Shown: positions 47,990 to 56,419 of the stretch, piece by piece
Layout: every line of letters starts with the position of its first letter
Position numbering within the stretch: position 1 is the stretch's first letter
Source: an uncultured Chloroflexia bacterium
GTDB taxonomy: Bacteria > Chloroflexota > Limnocylindria > Limnocylindrales > CSP1-4
Reading direction: 5' to 3'
Length of the DNA stretch: 64,000 nucleotides
Assembly (NCBI GenBank): GCA_963771795.1
Contig: CAVYUR010000001.1
Location: 129,880 to 193,879 of the forward strand
Position numbers and translations under genes: made by a program
Notes under the pieces: model-generated
What the model saw: only the letters and a program-made list of their open reading frames with translations
What the model was told of the DNA's origin: nothing
Database searches by the model: none

Positions 47990-48910
47990 GTGCGCGTCGC
48001 GGTGACCGGCGCCCGCGGCCGGCTCGGGCGCGCGCTCGTCGCGGCCCTCGAGGATGCGCCGTTCGCCGGCCCGTTCGGGCCGATCGCCTGGGATCGGTCG
48101 GCGTTCGATCTCGACGCTCCGGCCGGGGTCGGCGCGCTCCTCGACCGTGACCGGCCGGAGACGGTCGTCCACGCGGCCGCCTGGACCGATGTCGACGGTT
48201 GCGCCCGGGAACCGGACCTCGCCCTGGCACGGAACGGCGCCGCGACCGGGATCCTCGCGACGGCCTGTGCGGAGCGGGGAATCGATCTCGTCGTCGTCTC
48301 GACCAACGAAGTCTTCGACGGCCGGCGGTCTGACGGCCGCGGCTATGCCCCGACCGACGCCACTGCGCCGCTCAACCCGTACGGCGCCTCCAAGCTGGCG
48401 GGCGAGCGCGCGGCGACCGACGCCTACCAGGGCGGCGGTGCCTCAGGCGCGCTGGGAATCGCTCGCACCGCGTGGCTGTACGGCCCGCCCGGCAACGATT
48501 TCCCGTCGAAGATCCTGGCCGTGGCTGAGCGCTGGACCCCCGGCGGAGAGCCGCTGCGCCTCGTCGCCGACGAGATCGGCTCGCCGACGTTCACCCACGA
48601 CCTGGCCGAGGCGATCGCCGAACTGATCGGCGGGGCCGCGGTCGAAGGCATCCACCACATCGTCAATACCGGGACGGCATCGCGCGCGGACTGGGCTCGC
48701 GAGCTCCTCCGCCAGGTCAAGCTGAGTGCCGTCCCGACGGCCGACGTCCCGGCATCGACCTGGACTCGTGCGTCGACCCCGCCGGCATGGGGCGTCCTGG
48801 AACCAACGCCACTGCCGGGCGGTGAAGCCCTCCGTGACTGGTCGGCGGCGCTGGCCGACTACCTGCCGGCGCTCCTTCGTCAGCGGCATTCGGCGGGAGC
48901 CGGCAGGTGA
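47990..48910 (+). CDS. rmlD: dTDP-4-dehydrorhamnose reductase
   Basis: 306 aa. 'VAVTGARGRLG', 'HAAAWTDVDGCE', 'YGASKLAGE'. Confidence 0.85.
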   Translation: MRVAVTGARGRLGRALVAALEDAPFAGPFGPIAWDRSAFDLDAPAGVGALLDRDRPETVVHAAAWTDVDGCAREPDLALARNGAATGILATACAERGIDLVVVSTNEVFDGRRSDGRGYAPTDATAPLNPYGASKLAGERAATDAYQGGGASGALGIARTAWLYGPPGNDFPSKILAVAERWTPGGEPLRLVADEIGSPTFTHDLAEAIAELIGGAAVEGIHHIVNTGTASRADWARELLRQVKLSAVPTADVPASTWTRASTPPAWGVLEPTPLPGGEALRDWSAALADYLPALLRQRHSAGAGR

Positions 48911-49491
48911 CGGATCGCGCGTCGGCGCTGCGAGGGGTGCGATTCGGCGCGGTGACACGCCATGGTGACGTCCGCGGTTCGTTCCGCGAGCTGTGGCGGA
49001 ACTCCTCGTTCCCGTCGATGACGGCCGCGGAGACCGGCGCCCCGGACGGTTCCGAGCCGCGTTTCGTCCAGGCCAACCTGTCAACGTCAGCGGCAGGCGT
49101 CCTCCGGGGACTCCACTACCACCGGCGGCAGCTCGACTACTGGGTCGTGGTCGCCGGCCGGGCGCTCGTTGCGCTCGTCGATGTCAGGCCGCTGATCGAC
49201 GGCACGGGCGATCGGGCTGTGGTGGAGACCCACGAGCTTGCGCCCGACGACTCGGTGGTGATCCCGACCGGCGTGGCCCACGGATTCCTCGCGCTCGAAC
49301 CCCTGGAGCTGCTCTATCTCGTCACCAACGAGTTCGACGGTTCGGACGAGCTCGGCTTCGCCTGGGACGATCCCGCTGTTGGCGTGCCATGGCCGATGGT
49401 CGAGGGAACCCCGGACGGGCGGCCGATCCTGTCAGAACGCGATCAATCGAACCCTCCTCTTGCCGAGCTGGTGTCGCGCCTGCGCACCTGA
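48907..49491 (+). CDS. rmlC: dTDP-4-dehydrorhamnose 3,5-epimerase
   Basis: 194 aa. Cupin 'GVLRGLHYH..Q.DYWVVV.G', 'IPTGVAHGF'. Confidence 0.85.
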   Translation: MTDRASALRGVRFGAVTRHGDVRGSFRELWRNSSFPSMTAAETGAPDGSEPRFVQANLSTSAAGVLRGLHYHRRQLDYWVVVAGRALVALVDVRPLIDGTGDRAVVETHELAPDDSVVIPTGVAHGFLALEPLELLYLVTNEFDGSDELGFAWDDPAVGVPWPMVEGTPDGRPILSERDQSNPPLAELVSRLRT

Positions 49492-49720
49492 CCGAGCCGA
49501 ATACGCGCGGCGACCCCGGCCGAGCCTGGCCGTGGCGTCGCCGCAACGGCGGCCGACGCAGCCTGCACACCTCTCCGCACGGCTCCACCCGCATCCGCAC
49601 CTCTGCGCGCCCGATGGGGCCATGGGTGGCGGGACCATCCTGCGATTGCCCAGGGGGCGCTCGTGAGCCACGCTGCCGAAGCACTCATTCCGACCCCCAG
49701 GTCGATTCGTTCAGGAGTTC

Positions 49721-50569
49721 ATGTTGCGCAAATCAGTCTTCGGAATTGTCTTCGCGATGGTCGCCGTGATGGGCGCCCATGGCACGGTCGCGGCTGCCCA
49801 GACGAGCACGGCCAAGGTCGTGATCATCGTCGGCGCAGACACGCCCCAGTACATCTCGCGTGCCAACGAGGTCTACGCGGAGGCGATCAAGTACACGCCG
49901 AACGTCGTCAAGGTCTACACGCCGAATGCCACGTGGAGCGCCGTCAAGTCCGCCGTGAACGGGGCGAATGTCGTCGTCTACATGGGCCACGGCAACGGCT
50001 TCCCCAGCCCGTATGGCAGCAGCCCGAACGGCTACGTGACGAAGGACGGTTTCGGCCTCAACGCCAGCGCCGGCGGCGGTCACGGCAACCTGAAGTATTA
50101 CGGCGAACCGTCGATCAAGACCCTCACCTTCGCCCCGAATGCGATCGTGTTCCTGTTCCACCTCTGCTACGCGTCGGGCAACTCGGAGCCTGGCAAGGCC
50201 GCCCCGACCCTGACCGTTGCGAAGCAGCGGGTCGACAACTACGGCTCGGCGTTCCTCGCCGCAGGCGCGTCGGCCGTCGTAGCCGGCGGGCACAGCCACA
50301 GTGGCTATCTCGACGAGCTCTTCACGACCGCCCAGTCGCTGGGTGGGATGTGGCGCAGCGTCAACAGCTACAACAATCACGAGATCGCCTTCACGCCTAA
50401 GCGCAGCACCGGCTCGGCAATCCTCGACCCTGAGAATGGCGGCGCCAGCCCGTCGAGCTTCTACCGCTCGATCGTCGGCAACGTCGCGATCATGACCCAC
50501 CAGGTGACCGGAACCATCCTGCCGCCGGGCGTCCGCGGCGATCCGGGCAGGGTTCGACCCACTCGGTAG
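49721..50569 (+). CDS. Secreted protein with caspase/gingipain-like (clan CD-type) His...Cys arrangement, unknown function
   Basis: 282 aa with SD CAGGAG and signal peptide 'FGIVFAMVAVMGAHGTVAAA'. 'KVVIIVGAD...ANVVVYMGHGNG' and, ~58 aa later, 'IVFLFHLCYASGN' resemble the His-Gly / hydrophobic-Cys dyad blocks of clan CD peptidases. This is inference only. Confidence 0.55.
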   Translation: MLRKSVFGIVFAMVAVMGAHGTVAAAQTSTAKVVIIVGADTPQYISRANEVYAEAIKYTPNVVKVYTPNATWSAVKSAVNGANVVVYMGHGNGFPSPYGSSPNGYVTKDGFGLNASAGGGHGNLKYYGEPSIKTLTFAPNAIVFLFHLCYASGNSEPGKAAPTLTVAKQRVDNYGSAFLAAGASAVVAGGHSHSGYLDELFTTAQSLGGMWRSVNSYNNHEIAFTPKRSTGSAILDPENGGASPSSFYRSIVGNVAIMTHQVTGTILPPGVRGDPGRVRPTR

Positions 50570-50825
50570 GCCGCCGGTACGACCAGGCGCGTCGCCCAGC
50601 GCGGGCGAACGTCCTCAGGCACGTAGAACGTCACCAAACCCCTCCGTACCACGCACGACCGGGACCATCGTCCCCGTTGCGCCCCGCAACACCCCGGGCG
50701 TACCGTAGGCCGTCTCGCCGCGAACGGCGTTGCCCTCGAGGAGCCATCGTGACCTCCCGCCGACCCACGTCCGCACGCTCGGCCGCCTCGTGAACCTCGG
50801 CTCACGGACGCCGTTCGCTGCCCGG

Positions 50826-53800
50826 ATGAGACGGCGGAACGGCCTTTCGACGGCGTTCGCTGCCCTAGTGCTCGTCTCCCAGCTCATCGGCGCGGCCCCG
50901 ATCACCGCGGCTGAGCCGGTCGTCGCGTCGCCCGATCCCGCCCTCGAATCAGGTGAGCTCCAGCCCGGCATTCACTACGCAGACGCGCTCGCCCACGCCG
51001 ACGATCGGATCGCGTTCACGCCGGGCGGCCGGGTCACCGTCCCGTTCCGGCCGCGCGCCGACGACACGTGGGAGGTCGGCGGCAAGGCGCCGCGCAGCCT
51101 GCCTGCCGGCACCCTGTCGGGCCGAGACCTGATCCCGGCGAAGGCCGGCAAGCCAGCCGCGAGCCCGGCGGCCGACCCAGAGGCGATCCCAGACGAAAGC
51201 CCCGAAGCGAGCGCCGCTCCGACCGCTCCCGTCGACGCCCCCGCCCTCGACCCGTCCGATGCCCCGGCCGCGGACGGCGCATCCGCCACGCTCCCTGGCG
51301 CGAGCCCGGATATCACCGCCGATGGGACGCGGCTCCGACGCCAGGTGATGGGCTTCCTCCCGTACTGGGAAGTCGCCGACGCACGCCTCGACTACGAGCT
51401 CCTCTCGACGATTGCCTACTTCAGCGTCGGGGCCGACCGGAACGGCAACCTCCTCAAGACTGACCCCGACGGGACGCCGACGACCGGCTGGGGTGGCTGG
51501 ACCAGCTCGCGCCTGACCTCGATCATCAACGGCGCCCATGCGAAGGGCACCCGCGTCGTCCTCACGGTCTCCGTCTTTGCCTGGACGAGCGGTCAGGCCG
51601 CGGTCCAGGGGGCGCTGCTCGGCAGCCCGACGGCGCGCCTCAACCTCGCGAAGCAGGCCGCGGCCGCCGTTCGTGCCCGCGGTGCAGACGGCATCAATCT
51701 CGACTTCGAACCGATCGCGTCGGGCTACGGCGACGAGTACGCGACGTTCGTCAGGACGGTCCGGGCCGAGCTGAACAAGCAGGCGCCGGGCTACCAGCTG
51801 ACGTTCGACACGACGGGGTCGATCGGGAACTACCCGATCGAGGCGGCGACCGCGCCGGGCGGCGCCGACGCGATCTTCATCATGGGCTACGACTACCGGA
51901 CGGCCGGCGCCGGCTGGGCGGGTTCGATCGATCCGCTGTCCGGCCCGGCGTACGACCTCCAGGACACCGTCAACGCCTTCGCCGCCCGGGTTCCGCCTTC
52001 CAAGCTCATCCTCGGCGTGCCGTGGTACGGCAGGGCCTGGTCCACGGTCTCCGACCAGGTCAACGCGAAGACCCAGTCGGGGACGAAGTACGGAACGTCG
52101 AACTCTGTCCTCTTCGACACAGCCGCCGACTACGCGCAGCAGCACGGGCGGCGCTGGGACACTCGCGAGCAGTCGTCGTGGGTCGCCTACCGGCGTCAGA
52201 ACTGCTCGTCGACGTATGGCTGCGTGATGAGCTGGCGCCAGATCTACTACGACGACGGCGTCTCGCTGAAGCTCCGCTACGACATGATCAACCGGATGGG
52301 CCTCCGCGGCGCCGGGATCTGGGCCCTCGGCTACGACGGCGACCGGACCGAGATGCGCCAGGCGCTGGCCGAGAAGTTCCTCGACGACAAGACCGTGCCG
52401 CTCGCCGGGATCAAGGCGCTCGCCCCGGTCCATGCCGCGGAGCAATTCGCGGTCTCGTGGGTTGGCTCCGACGAGAGCGGCATCCTCGACTACGACGTCC
52501 AGGTATCGATCCGTGGCGGACCGTGGCACGACTGGCTCATCGATACGAAGACGACGAGCGCCACGTACGCCGGCGCCGACGGACACGGCTTTGCATTCCG
52601 CGCCAGGGCCCGCGACGTCGCCGGCAACACCGGCGCCTGGGTCGTCACCAGCGTCTATCTCCCGCACGTGACCCTGACGCCCGGCGGCTTCGGCAAGGTC
52701 GTGGCTTCGAGCGTCAACGTCCGTTCGGCGGCAGGAACGGCCGCGCCGATCGTCACGACCGCCGCGGCGGGGACGACGCTCGCTATCACCGGCGGTCCGG
52801 TCAGCCTGAACGGCTACACGTGGTACAAGGCGACGCTGCCGATCGCTGAGTGGGCGCCCATCGCCGGCGTCCGGTCCGATGTCTGGGTCGCTGCGGGCAC
52901 GAGCGGCGCGACCTATGTCGCCCCCGTCACCGCCCCGAACGCGACGGGCGTCGATCTGCCCTCCGGGGTTGCCCCGGCCGCGGGTGCCCGGTTCGTCGGG
53001 ATCGATCCTACCCGCTTCCTCGACACGCGCTCCGGGATCGGCCTCGGCGGCACGTTCGCGAGTGGCACGCCCAGGACGTTCCCGGTCAGGGGCATCCGCG
53101 GCGTCCCCTCGAACGCGGTCGCGGTCACCGGAACGCTGACTGTCGTGGGCCAGTCGAGTGCGGGCTTCGCGAGCCTCGGGCCATCCGCGGCCACGGTTGC
53201 CCGCTCCTCGGTCGTCAACGTCCCGAAAGGCGATGTCCGGGCGGCCGGAACCACCGTCAAGCTCGGTGCCGACGGATCACTGGCGGCCCTTTGGACCGGA
53301 GCCGGTGGTTCCAAGACGAGCCTCGTCTTTGACGTGAGCGGCTACTTCGTCCCGGGCGCGACTGGCGGGACATTCACGCCGCTGGCGCCCGCTCGCGTCC
53401 TCGACACGAGGAGCGGCAACGGATTGTCCGGGGTCTTCACCGCGAGCGCACCTCGGTCCTTCCTCGTCCGGGGCCGCGGCGGCGTCCCGGCCGGGGCTGT
53501 CGCGGTGACCGGCAACCTCACGGTGGTCGGGCCGTCCAGCGCCGGATTCCTGTACGTCGGGCCGGTTGCCGTGGCGACGCCGCCCGGCTCGAGCCTCAAC
53601 GTCCCTCGGGGCGATGTCCGTGCGGCGTCGGTGACCGTCAAGCTCGACGCGGGCGGTCGGTTGGGCATCGTCTGGAAAGGCGATCCTGGTGCGACGGCCC
53701 ACATCCTGTTCGACGTCACCGGCTACTTCGTCAACGGGGCCGGCGGCGCGACCTTCTACCCGATCGACGCGGCCCGCGTGCTCGACAGCCGGACCGGCAA

Positions 53801-54116
53801 CGGCCTCTCAGGCGCCTTCGCGAGCCTCGGGACCCGGGTGTTCCAGGCGACCGGTCGCGGGACGATCCCGGTGAACGCCGTTGCAGTGATCGGCGGAGCG
53901 ACGATCGTGAGCCCGACCGGGAACGGCCTGCTCATCATCGGTCCGGCCGGCATGACGCTCGGCTCCACATCGACGATCAACGTCCCGAAGGGCGATATCC
54001 GGGCGAACGGCCTCACCGTCCGCACGGGTGCGGGCGGCGGTCTCGGGGCGGTCTACAACGGTCCGCGAGGGGCTTCGGCACACGTGATCTTCGACGCCAC
54101 GGGTTACTTCCGCTGA
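50826..54116 (+). CDS. Large secreted multidomain GH18 (chitinase/peptidoglycan-hydrolase-like) protein with SH3-like domain and three C-terminal ~120-aa repeats
   Basis: ATG 50826 with a signal peptide. GH18 block 'GFLPYWE...ADGINLDFE...IMGYDY...GAGIWALGYD'. SH3b-like 'VNVRSAAG...GYTWYKATL'. Three 'RVLDTRSG...GYF' repeats. Confidence 0.8.
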   Translation: MRRRNGLSTAFAALVLVSQLIGAAPITAAEPVVASPDPALESGELQPGIHYADALAHADDRIAFTPGGRVTVPFRPRADDTWEVGGKAPRSLPAGTLSGRDLIPAKAGKPAASPAADPEAIPDESPEASAAPTAPVDAPALDPSDAPAADGASATLPGASPDITADGTRLRRQVMGFLPYWEVADARLDYELLSTIAYFSVGADRNGNLLKTDPDGTPTTGWGGWTSSRLTSIINGAHAKGTRVVLTVSVFAWTSGQAAVQGALLGSPTARLNLAKQAAAAVRARGADGINLDFEPIASGYGDEYATFVRTVRAELNKQAPGYQLTFDTTGSIGNYPIEAATAPGGADAIFIMGYDYRTAGAGWAGSIDPLSGPAYDLQDTVNAFAARVPPSKLILGVPWYGRAWSTVSDQVNAKTQSGTKYGTSNSVLFDTAADYAQQHGRRWDTREQSSWVAYRRQNCSSTYGCVMSWRQIYYDDGVSLKLRYDMINRMGLRGAGIWALGYDGDRTEMRQALAEKFLDDKTVPLAGIKALAPVHAAEQFAVSWVGSDESGILDYDVQVSIRGGPWHDWLIDTKTTSATYAGADGHGFAFRARARDVAGNTGAWVVTSVYLPHVTLTPGGFGKVVASSVNVRSAAGTAAPIVTTAAAGTTLAITGGPVSLNGYTWYKATLPIAEWAPIAGVRSDVWVAAGTSGATYVAPVTAPNATGVDLPSGVAPAAGARFVGIDPTRFLDTRSGIGLGGTFASGTPRTFPVRGIRGVPSNAVAVTGTLTVVGQSSAGFASLGPSAATVARSSVVNVPKGDVRAAGTTVKLGADGSLAALWTGAGGSKTSLVFDVSGYFVPGATGGTFTPLAPARVLDTRSGNGLSGVFTASAPRSFLVRGRGGVPAGAVAVTGNLTVVGPSSAGFLYVGPVAVATPPGSSLNVPRGDVRAASVTVKLDAGGRLGIVWKGDPGATAHILFDVTGYFVNGAGGATFYPIDAARVLDSRTGNGLSGAFASLGTRVFQATGRGTIPVNAVAVIGGATIVSPTGNGLLIIGPAGMTLGSTSTINVPKGDIRANGLTVRTGAGGGLGAVYNGPRGASAHVIFDATGYFR
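52992..54113 (+). repeat. Three tandem protein-level repeats (~120 aa each) at the C-terminus of the GH18 protein
   Basis: Repeat units start near 52992, 53372 and 53752. Shared skeleton: 'F..I/L...R.LD(T/S)R(S/T)G.GL.G.F......F.V.G.GG(V/I)P..AVAV.G.LT(V/I)V.P...GF....P.......S..NVP.GD(V/I)RA....V.....G.L......G.......(L/I)FD(V/A)(S/T)GYF'. Confidence 0.85.
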
Positions 54117-54165
54117 GGGGTACCGAGAGGACGATCGGCCAGGTTCGCACGGCACAGGCCGGGTC

Positions 54166-54171
54166 TACACT
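54166..54171 (+). promoter_or_regulatory. -10-like TACACT, 9 nt upstream of the Ppm1-like ATG
   Basis: TACACT ggcccgacc ATG. Confidence 0.35.
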
Positions 54172-54180
54172 GGCCCGACC

Positions 54181-55086
54181 ATGACGACCCCGCGGCGCCG
54201 CAAGGCAGCCCCCGAGAGCGCCGAGCCAGTCCTCGGAGCCGGAGCGTGGGTCGTGCTGCCGACCTACAACGAGGCGGAGAACATCCGGACGATCTCGCCC
54301 GCGATCCTTGCCGCGCTGCCGGGTGCCACGCTCCTCGTCGTCGACGACGGGTCCCCGGACGGCACGGGTGCGATCGCCGACGAGCTCGCCCGGGCCAACA
54401 ACAGGATCCGCGTCCATCACCGGCCCGAGAAGCAGGGCCTCGGGCGGGCCTACCTGGGCGGGTTCGGCGTTGCGCTCGCCGGTGGCGCCGACATCGTCAT
54501 CCAGATGGACGCCGACTGGTCGCATGATCCGGCCGCACTGCCGGCGCTCATCGCTCCGATCGGCGGCGGCACGGCCGACCTCGTGATCGGGTCCCGTTAC
54601 ACGAAGGGCGGTGGGGTCGTCGACTGGGGCCTCGGGCGCCGCATGATCTCGCGCGGCGGAAGCATCTTCGCCCGGAACGTGCTGCGCCTCGGGCCGCGGG
54701 ACCTCACAGGCGGCTTCAAGGCATGGCGCGCCTCGACGCTCGCGTCGATCCCGTTCGACGGGGTCCACGCCGGCGGCTACGTCTTCCAAATCGAGATGAC
54801 GTTCCGCGCATCGCGCAGCGGCGGGCGGGTCGCCGAGGTCCCGATCACGTTCCGAGATCGCCGCGTCGGCCAGTCGAAGATGAGCCGGCGGATCGTCGTC
54901 GAGGCGCTCGTCGTCGTCGTGACGCTCCGCGCCGAAGAGCTCCTCGGGCGAGTCCGCGGGCGCGGCCGGCGACAGATCGCCGGCGTCCCCAGGCCGAAGA
55001 GCCAGGCGGCAAGCGAGGCGTTGCCAGACGGTGACGTGGCGCTACCGGCCGCGCTCGACGTGCCCGCCGCCGGCGAGGGCCGGTGA
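54181..55086 (+). CDS. Polyprenol-phosphate mannosyltransferase-like GT2 (Ppm1/DPM1-like)
   Basis: 301 aa. 'VVLPTYNEAENI', 'VVDDGSPDGT', 'QMDADWSHDP', 'GSRY..GG'. Confidence 0.85.
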   Translation: MTTPRRRKAAPESAEPVLGAGAWVVLPTYNEAENIRTISPAILAALPGATLLVVDDGSPDGTGAIADELARANNRIRVHHRPEKQGLGRAYLGGFGVALAGGADIVIQMDADWSHDPAALPALIAPIGGGTADLVIGSRYTKGGGVVDWGLGRRMISRGGSIFARNVLRLGPRDLTGGFKAWRASTLASIPFDGVHAGGYVFQIEMTFRASRSGGRVAEVPITFRDRRVGQSKMSRRIVVEALVVVVTLRAEELLGRVRGRGRRQIAGVPRPKSQAASEALPDGDVALPAALDVPAAGEGR

Positions 55087-56411
55087 CCGGCGAAGTCCAC
55101 GGGCCTCTCGGGACGGCGGATCCAGATCGCTCGGAGCACCCAATTCCGGGCGTCCGGGTCGTCCTCGACGCCCGACCGCTGCAGGAGCCGGATCGCGCAC
55201 CGCTGACGGCGAGCTACCTCGCCGGCCTGCTCGGAGCCTTCGATGCCGAGCCGATCGCGGGCGAGTCGTTCGCCCTGCTGCTCGGCTCCGACCTAGATGA
55301 CCCGACGGAGCGGTTCGAGCACCTCTCGGTCGTCGGCCGACGACTCCTGCCACCGACGCGGCTGCTCCGCTCCGGCGCGATGACCGTCGACCCGTTCGTT
55401 CTCTCCGGAGCCTCGATCGGGGCGGCGTGGCGAGCGGATCGGGCGGGTGCCGCGGGCGCCGTCTACCACGCGGTCGGGGGGTCGATCCCACTCATGACCG
55501 GTCTACCACTGATCGTCACTCTCCTCGACCTTGCGCCGTGGGAGCTGCCGGGCGCCTACCAGCGCGGGACCGCTGCGCGCTTCGGCCAGCGGCTTCGTGG
55601 GCGGCTGCTCCGCGACGCGGCGGCCGTCATCGTCGGGACCGAGGCCGTCGCCGTCGCCGCCCGCCGGCTGCTCCGGATCCGCCGCGATCGGATCCGGGTC
55701 GTCTCTCTCGCCCCTCGGCCGGCATTCTGTGTTGACGGCGCGACGAACGGGGCAGGGCAAGGGGCCAAGCGGGGATGGGCGCCGCACGGCGACCCACGCG
55801 CCGAGCGCGAGCGCCTCGGCCTGCCGGAGCGCTATGTCATCTACTCGGGCCGGTACGACGCCCGCCAGGATCTCGCGACCCTGCTGCGCGCGCTGGCCGA
55901 GCTAGCCGCCGTCGGCCGGCCCGACGGCCTTCCGGATGACGCCCCATGGCCGCCCCGCGTGCTCTTTGCCGGAGCCTCGCCTGACGATCGTGCGGCGCTG
56001 GCGCGGGCGGCGGCACGGGAGGGCGTCGGCGAGACGATCGCCTACGCGCCACGCCTCGACGACGAGCGGCTGGCGAGCCTCGTCCGCGGTGCGCGGGCGG
56101 CGCTCCTCCCCGTGCTTTCGGACAGCACGGGCCAGGCCGCGATCGAGGCGATCGCCTGCGGCATCCCCGTCGTTGCGTCGGCCGTCGGCGCGCTCCCCGA
56201 GATCGTCGGAGGCGCCGGGATCCTGGTCGAGCCTCGCGACCCGGCGCGCCTCGCCCAGGCCCTCGCGACGGCGTTCGTCGACGATCGCGTCCACGGCGCC
56301 CTCGCCGAGATCGCGCTCGAGCGCGCGACCACCGATCGGCGGACCTGGTCCGATGTCGCCCGCGAGACCCGCGTCATCTACGCGGAGTCGGCCGCCCGGA
56401 GGCGCCGCTGA
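55083..56411 (+). CDS. GT4-family (GT-B) glycosyltransferase
   Basis: 442 aa with GTGA overlap. C-terminal 'LLPVLSDSTGQAAIEAIACGIPVVASAVGALPEIVG..G.LVEP' (EX7E-type). Confidence 0.8.
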   Translation: MTGEVHGPLGTADPDRSEHPIPGVRVVLDARPLQEPDRAPLTASYLAGLLGAFDAEPIAGESFALLLGSDLDDPTERFEHLSVVGRRLLPPTRLLRSGAMTVDPFVLSGASIGAAWRADRAGAAGAVYHAVGGSIPLMTGLPLIVTLLDLAPWELPGAYQRGTAARFGQRLRGRLLRDAAAVIVGTEAVAVAARRLLRIRRDRIRVVSLAPRPAFCVDGATNGAGQGAKRGWAPHGDPRAERERLGLPERYVIYSGRYDARQDLATLLRALAELAAVGRPDGLPDDAPWPPRVLFAGASPDDRAALARAAAREGVGETIAYAPRLDDERLASLVRGARAALLPVLSDSTGQAAIEAIACGIPVVASAVGALPEIVGGAGILVEPRDPARLAQALATAFVDDRVHGALAEIALERATTDRRTWSDVARETRVIYAESAARRRR

Positions 56412-56419
56412 CGATCGAG

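Noticed and set aside
49492-49720. c-di-AMP (ydaO-type) riboswitch upstream of the secreted-protein and GH18 genes
   Set aside because: The context is tempting, since these are wall hydrolases and darA is present. But I could not find the paired conserved ACGGGGA / CCCA / CCGA-type core elements by eye. This needs a covariance-model scan before any claim.
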